Of a stretch of DNA of 64,000 nucleotides, positions 58,468 to 64,000 are shown one piece after another. The position numbers were made by a program, and so were the translations under genes. Source of the stretch: Octopus vulgaris (taxonomy: Eukaryota); contig OX597820.1 in assembly GCA_951406725.2 (NCBI GenBank), positions 82,026,001 to 82,090,000 of the forward strand, given 5' to 3'. Every line of letters starts with the position of its first letter. The first letter of the stretch is position 1. The notes below the pieces were generated by a model that was not told the origin of the DNA, searched no databases, and was given only the letters and a program-made list of their open reading frames with translations.

Positions 58468-58659
58468 CACATACACTTACACGCACACACACACACACAC
58501 ATATATATATATACTGAGACAGAGAGAGAGAGAAAGAAAGTGAAGGAGTATTCAACTAGCGAGCGGTGTGGCATTATGTATATATATTTACACTCACACA
58601 CACACACACATACACACATACACAAACAAACAAATACACACACACACAAACAAGAGTTG

Positions 58660-59640
58660 TCCCAAAAGTAATTCAAGAAGTGAGCGTGATTTTTTTCGGT
58701 TAACTGACATAGATCTTTCAAATGTTATATGTTGGAGAATTGGAAGAGTTACTCTTCCTCTATACTACCTCTTCATTGCAGATAAATAATGGGCTCCAAT
58801 TTGAAGCAACGTACCATCATTGTGTTCATGACGGAGGTAGTAGTGGGGAAGGCTGTCCTAAATCCAGAAAAGGCTACAGATTGTTTACCGAGATACCACT
58901 ATTAACAAAAACAATGTGCATAGATAATTGAAGAAGGTTAAAGAAGGAAGCTAGCATTTAATACAAAACACACAGTGGAAGACGATTAACAGACACGGTT
59001 GATCAGGTAGTTGGCGAATTGATTAGTGCAGAGAGATAAATCACGATCCGTGCGTCTGTTGGACAACTGGAATCTGGTCAATGTGCACTACAAAAGATGG
59101 TAGAAAGTGGTGAAATACTCTAAGTATTGGAAGCTGTAAACAAAGTGGATAGCTCAGCAGTTGACATTCGATTTGTCGGAGAGAAGCTTGAACGTCTGAT
59201 CTGATGAATGCGTTGGAACCAACGAATACATGTTTTTCTCGACTCGGTGACAGGACATGAAACGTAGATGTATTTTCATGACTCAAAAATGAAGGTCAGT
59301 CCATCAGTCTACAGCATGGCGTCACGCCTCTTCTTCAAAGCTCAAAAGTCAGTGATCGATACAAGATGTCATGGTAACTACTTTGGAGGATGATATAGTT
59401 GTCATTCTCTTCAATTTTCAGAAACGTGTCTGTACTGTGAACAGCAAGCGATGCATTAAAACATTTAAAAGCCTAGAAAAACCATTATGAGGAAGAGACA
59501 GAACAAGAAAGTGAAAACTATATACATTCACCATTACAAAACGTAACCACACCATCTTTGGCAATACATTAGTTGTCTCCATCCACGAGACGGCCTGGAA
59601 CTGGAACTCCTCTGCATCCACCTGCTCAGTCCAATAAAGG
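58660..59640 (+). mobile_element. Possible very old LINE RT remnant
   Basis: QSISLQHGV..PLLF and LEDDIVVI resemble RT motifs; fragmentary. Confidence 0.3.
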
Positions 59641-60980
59641 CCAGTCATCAAGGGTAACGATTTGATGATACAAACGAGTGGAAGAAATTGTGAAGACGCG
59701 GGAGCAATAGTGCAAGTATAAATTTATTGAAAGAGAGTTCGAGATATGGGTTCAGTGATGGTTCACATGTTTCACTTGTGATGGAGACTATGTTGAGAGG
59801 TACCTTTTTGTAGAGGTACTAGTACTCTATCAACACGTACAATTTGAACGAACTGTAATAGTTAATAGAAAAGTTATGCATATAGGCTTATACATATGCG
59901 TTTACTCGCACACTCTACACATGCGCACTTACATATACAGATATATTTATATGTGGGTAAAAGTTTACAGTGTGCCATAATAAAATTGCGAAAACAAATT
60001 ACAAAAGAGATAACAACAAAAAAGTGAACAAGTAAAATCCCTTCATCAGCTGCCAGTTATATATCTATGTAATCTCCATACCTTTTGACTGTCCTCGTCT
60101 CCTAGTGGTGTCAGTAGCATTGAAATCACGAAATTACAAAACAAAACAAAAAAAATTATGAGTTTACATGAAATTTACAGAATAAGATGATGACAGGCAA
60201 ATTACAAGACAAAACAAGGAATACAAAAGGTCTTTCAACTGGAATGAAAACGGTCAGCAAGATATGGAGTAACGCAGAGAAGAAAATTATTTTGGGACTT
60301 ACAACCTGAACATAAGTACAGAAACCAAGAATAACGTGAAGAACGACAGAAGGCTACATCCGACACATGCTGATGGCCAAGTGAGTAGAATATTATGGTA
60401 AGTGTAACTGGTGTGCGAGCAGCAATTTCCCATAAACCGTACGAGGGACCAACGTAACTAACTCTGCATAACCGAATTACAAAGTCCTTTATTACTCTAG
60501 GAAGCGGCACATTTTGCGAAATTATAGAATTTATCGTTATTTTACCATGGGGAGTGCAACTCGTTCTCATAGTTAAGAACAATAAACGCAGTACGTTTAT
60601 TGTTTTAACTATGTAAATCCTTACATAGGGCCTAGGTTTTTTTATATTAAGTATTAAAAACTTCGAATCAAGTGTATCATAATTTCCAGGAAATATACAG
60701 TAATTTAACGGTAGTCCTGTAATCCTTGACCAACTCAGAGCCTTAGAAGAAGGATTTTGTTTACAGTCACCGGACATAAGGTATATAGGATTACACTCCC
60801 AGAGCCTACGCTCTCTGAGCCATCGCTTCAGGTTCACCCTTAATAAGGCCGGTGATAATAAATGCACTGGTCACCAAATTTACAGTGTTTTCGTTGTTTT
60901 CTATTCTCTGTACTAAGCCATTTGTCCCCCTCTTGCCAAAATAAAGAGTCTTATCCTTCTAGAATGTGCTAGTCTTTGTA

Positions 60981-61149
60981 CGAAGAGGTGCTGAAAAGTT
61001 CCTGGCTTTAGGTAAACGGATCTGTTAATTATGATTTTATTCAACATGTCCTCCTCTGACATTCACACACTTATTGCAACGGCCCTTGCGTTTTTCTCAT
61101 CCCTGTAAAAGAACACCCTTAAAACCAGGAACTTTTCAGCATCCCCTCG
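60981..61149. mobile_element. 169-bp mariner-type MITE
   Basis: TIRs CGAAGAGGTGCTGAAAAGTTCCTGG / CCAGGAACTTTTCAGCATCCCCTCG with TA on both flanks. Confidence 0.9.
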
Positions 61150-61683
61150 TACACACATACACACTTTCTCTGTCTCTGTCTGTCTCTCTCTCTTCCTCTC
61201 TCTTTCTCTCTGTCTCCCCCCCTCTCTCTCTCTCTACACACACACACACTAACATACACCTTAATTTAATTTTCATTTCTGTTTGGGAGAAAAGCATTGG
61301 TGAGTTGTGCCACGATCCGAACCGTTAGCTATTTGATCGGTAATTCAAGACCGTATCAGTTCGGCTATCTTCAGTTCACACTCTTGTAATACCAGGAAAT
61401 TAAGTCAGTCTGTGCAATTAAGATACCAAGAATACTCCGCGTGTTTAGGAATAGTAATTTTATTATTGGCTGATTTGTAACGAATAATCCATCTGTTTGG
61501 CTTGGAGGAGCGCAAAGTGCGAACTAGTATTTGTCGGCAAACGAGACGGAAAATAGCTTTAACATTTACTTCTTTGAGTACTGTATCATCATCATCATCA
61601 TCATCATCATCACTATCATTACCCTCTTCCTCTTCTTTTTTCTTTTTTTCTTCTTCTTATGATTATTATTATTATTATTATCA

Positions 61684-61770
<87 letters not shown>

Positions 61771-61882
61771 ATATTATTAGTAGTAGTATTATTACTTGTT
61801 GGCAGTGCATGGAAAAGAGCTTTGCAGTTGCTGCTGTTGTGGATATTGCTGAAAATGATGACGACGACGATGATGATGTCGT

Positions 61883-61935
<53 letters not shown>

Positions 61936-62665
61936 ACGATAGCGACGACGACGACGAAGACGATTCCGGCGACAACGATGACGACGAAAAGGAGGAAGAG
62001 GAGAAGAGGGGGAGGAGGGAGATGAGGAATTTCTTGATGATATCCGAGCAACTGTTGCTAATTCTTGATCCAACAGACCTATATGATCAATAACATTCCA
62101 GTAATAGTTCTCTCGTGTGTCTTCCAAACATAGTATACCTAAAAAATGATTGTTGTATGCATCCTTTTATACGATAGAGTGTGTGATCTGAGAAATATTT
62201 GATTGCTATTTGTGACAGGTTGATGTTGCAAGTCTGAAAGCTACAGATGTTTTGTGGAATTTTCATGTAGTTACAACTACTATTGTTGCTATCGCTGTTT
62301 TTGTGGTTCAAGTTTCCGTAGTTGTTGGTTAACAGTGATGTAGTTTTCATTAATTTAGTTGTAGAATATATTGTTGTTCATGTCGTTGTTATTATTGTTT
62401 TTGGTTAATTGCTTTTTATTCTTTTCATTGTCGGGTCAAAGCAGGTAGTCAGTCCGACAGATTTACATCTCTAGGCATACTATAGCTCTGTCCTCGAGTT
62501 CAGGGCCACTTATTGGCAGAAGTAGATTAGATCTGGAACAATCCTCCTTACTCTTCACTTATCAATGCTCATGTGTATCCAAGCACACTATCGATTTATT
62601 GATGCTTTTGTTGTTGTTGCTGCTGCTGCTGCTGTTGTTGTTGTTGTTGTTGTTGCTGCTGCTGC

Positions 62666-62726
<61 letters not shown>

Positions 62727-64000
62727 GGGCAAGGGAAAATATGTAAAGAAATAAAACAGTTCAGTGTATTTTACTCTTACTTAAATATTCGATCATTAGT
62801 GAAAGAGAAAGTCGACCAACATGAAGTCGATCAACTGCGACGGTCGAAAGAAAATATAATACTATAAAAAGCTCGTCTCTTACTCCCTCAATTCCGTTCT
62901 TTTCCACGAGTCACTCTTCATCAATCACAGATATTATTCTAAAAAGACAGCAGTTAAAGAGAATACGAATATATTATGGCATATATATTTAAATAGATAT
63001 CAGCGTGTTGAAAAAAGAATTTGAACCTAACACAATTTCAGCTTGAAACTTAGAGACAACTCACATATATAATGTCTTTACTTAGTGTAACTAACTCTGG
63101 TATATAGAATCTAACAGTTAGTTAGAATGGTAGATTCCTCAGTTATCTGGTTAATAGAGTAGCCAGTGAAACTAAATCCCAATGTTAGTATAGGTGAATG
63201 ATTAAGCTTTGTCAACAATTGCAAGATACCAGGTTTGATGCCTTTGTGTGTCATCTTGGGTGAGTCTTTTACGATAGCTTCGAGTCGAGTCGCCAAAGCT
63301 TTGTAGGTGAAGCCTGGCAGACGAAAATAGTATGGAGTCCCTTCAAATGAATTATACTTGTAATTCAAAGGTTCTTTTTATGTCACGCTGAATCTGTTTT
63401 AGAATTTACGTAAAGGGTAACTGTTTCTGTGGAATATTCGGTCATATATACGCTAATTCAATGAACAGGTAATTCAACTGATCGGACAACTTCATATTCA
63501 TAATCGAAACGGATAAGAGACCCGTTACTATTAGATCAGTACCATTAGGGTTGGAGCTATTGGTCTCCTGGGACCGATATAACTATAACCCTGATGCCGA
63601 GGACTTGGACTGCAACATTCCACCACGTTCACTCCTTACAGTTTCTGCGCTTGCTTGAATGTTACATTTTAATATTTAAACGCGAGTTATTTCGATATCA
63701 CAAATGTCAACTATTCCACATTCAAACACAAACCCTGTTACATATAATGAGCCACAAATACAAACCCTGTCCCATATAACGAACCCCAAGCACAAGCTCT
63801 GTTCCATATAATGAACTTCAAATAAAAATCCCATCCCATCTAATAAACGACAAATACAAATCCTGTTCCTTATAATCAACTTAGGCGTGTGAAATATATT
63901 AAAAATAGCAATTTCGTAATAGTCCAACTTACCTACAACTAAACGTTGTTGCTACTGCTGTTACTGTGGTTAATTGTTGTTGTTGTAGTTTTATAGCCCT

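Noticed and set aside
60235-60867. 210-aa minus-strand ORF
   Set aside because: No recognisable domain and a non-ATG start; likely a chance ORF in repeat-derived DNA.
61659-62093. Acidic poly-Asp biomineralisation-like protein
   Set aside because: (ATT)n and (GAT)n microsatellites; similar tracts occur at 21730 and 52865 in either orientation.

Overview
This is AT-rich eukaryotic DNA saturated with microsatellites and transposon relics. The SINE families and repeat landscape look like an octopus/coleoid cephalopod genome, which is an inference from recalled repeat families. Almost all of the supplied ORFs are translated simple repeats. No intact TE ORF was found. The window contains decayed Tc1/mariner elements and MITEs, hAT relics, Helitron/Helentron elements (one 7-kb candidate with nested cargo), a Chapaev3-like relic, Penelope-like (PLE) RT/GIY-YIG remnants, RLE-type and RTE LINE fragments, and many tRNA-derived SINEs. 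One good candidate host coding exon lies at 52586-52759 (+, phase 1-1). The most notable signal is a dispersed set of about 9 minimal hammerhead ribozyme (HHR) motifs in short non-coding, microsatellite-flanked elements. One has an intact core (20493-20577). Another sits in a chimeric element with back-to-back tRNA-like Pol III heads plus an HHR (51016-51540), a candidate ribozyme-bearing SINE mobilised by PLEs. All calls were made by eye, and element boundaries are approximate unless TIRs/TSDs are quoted.
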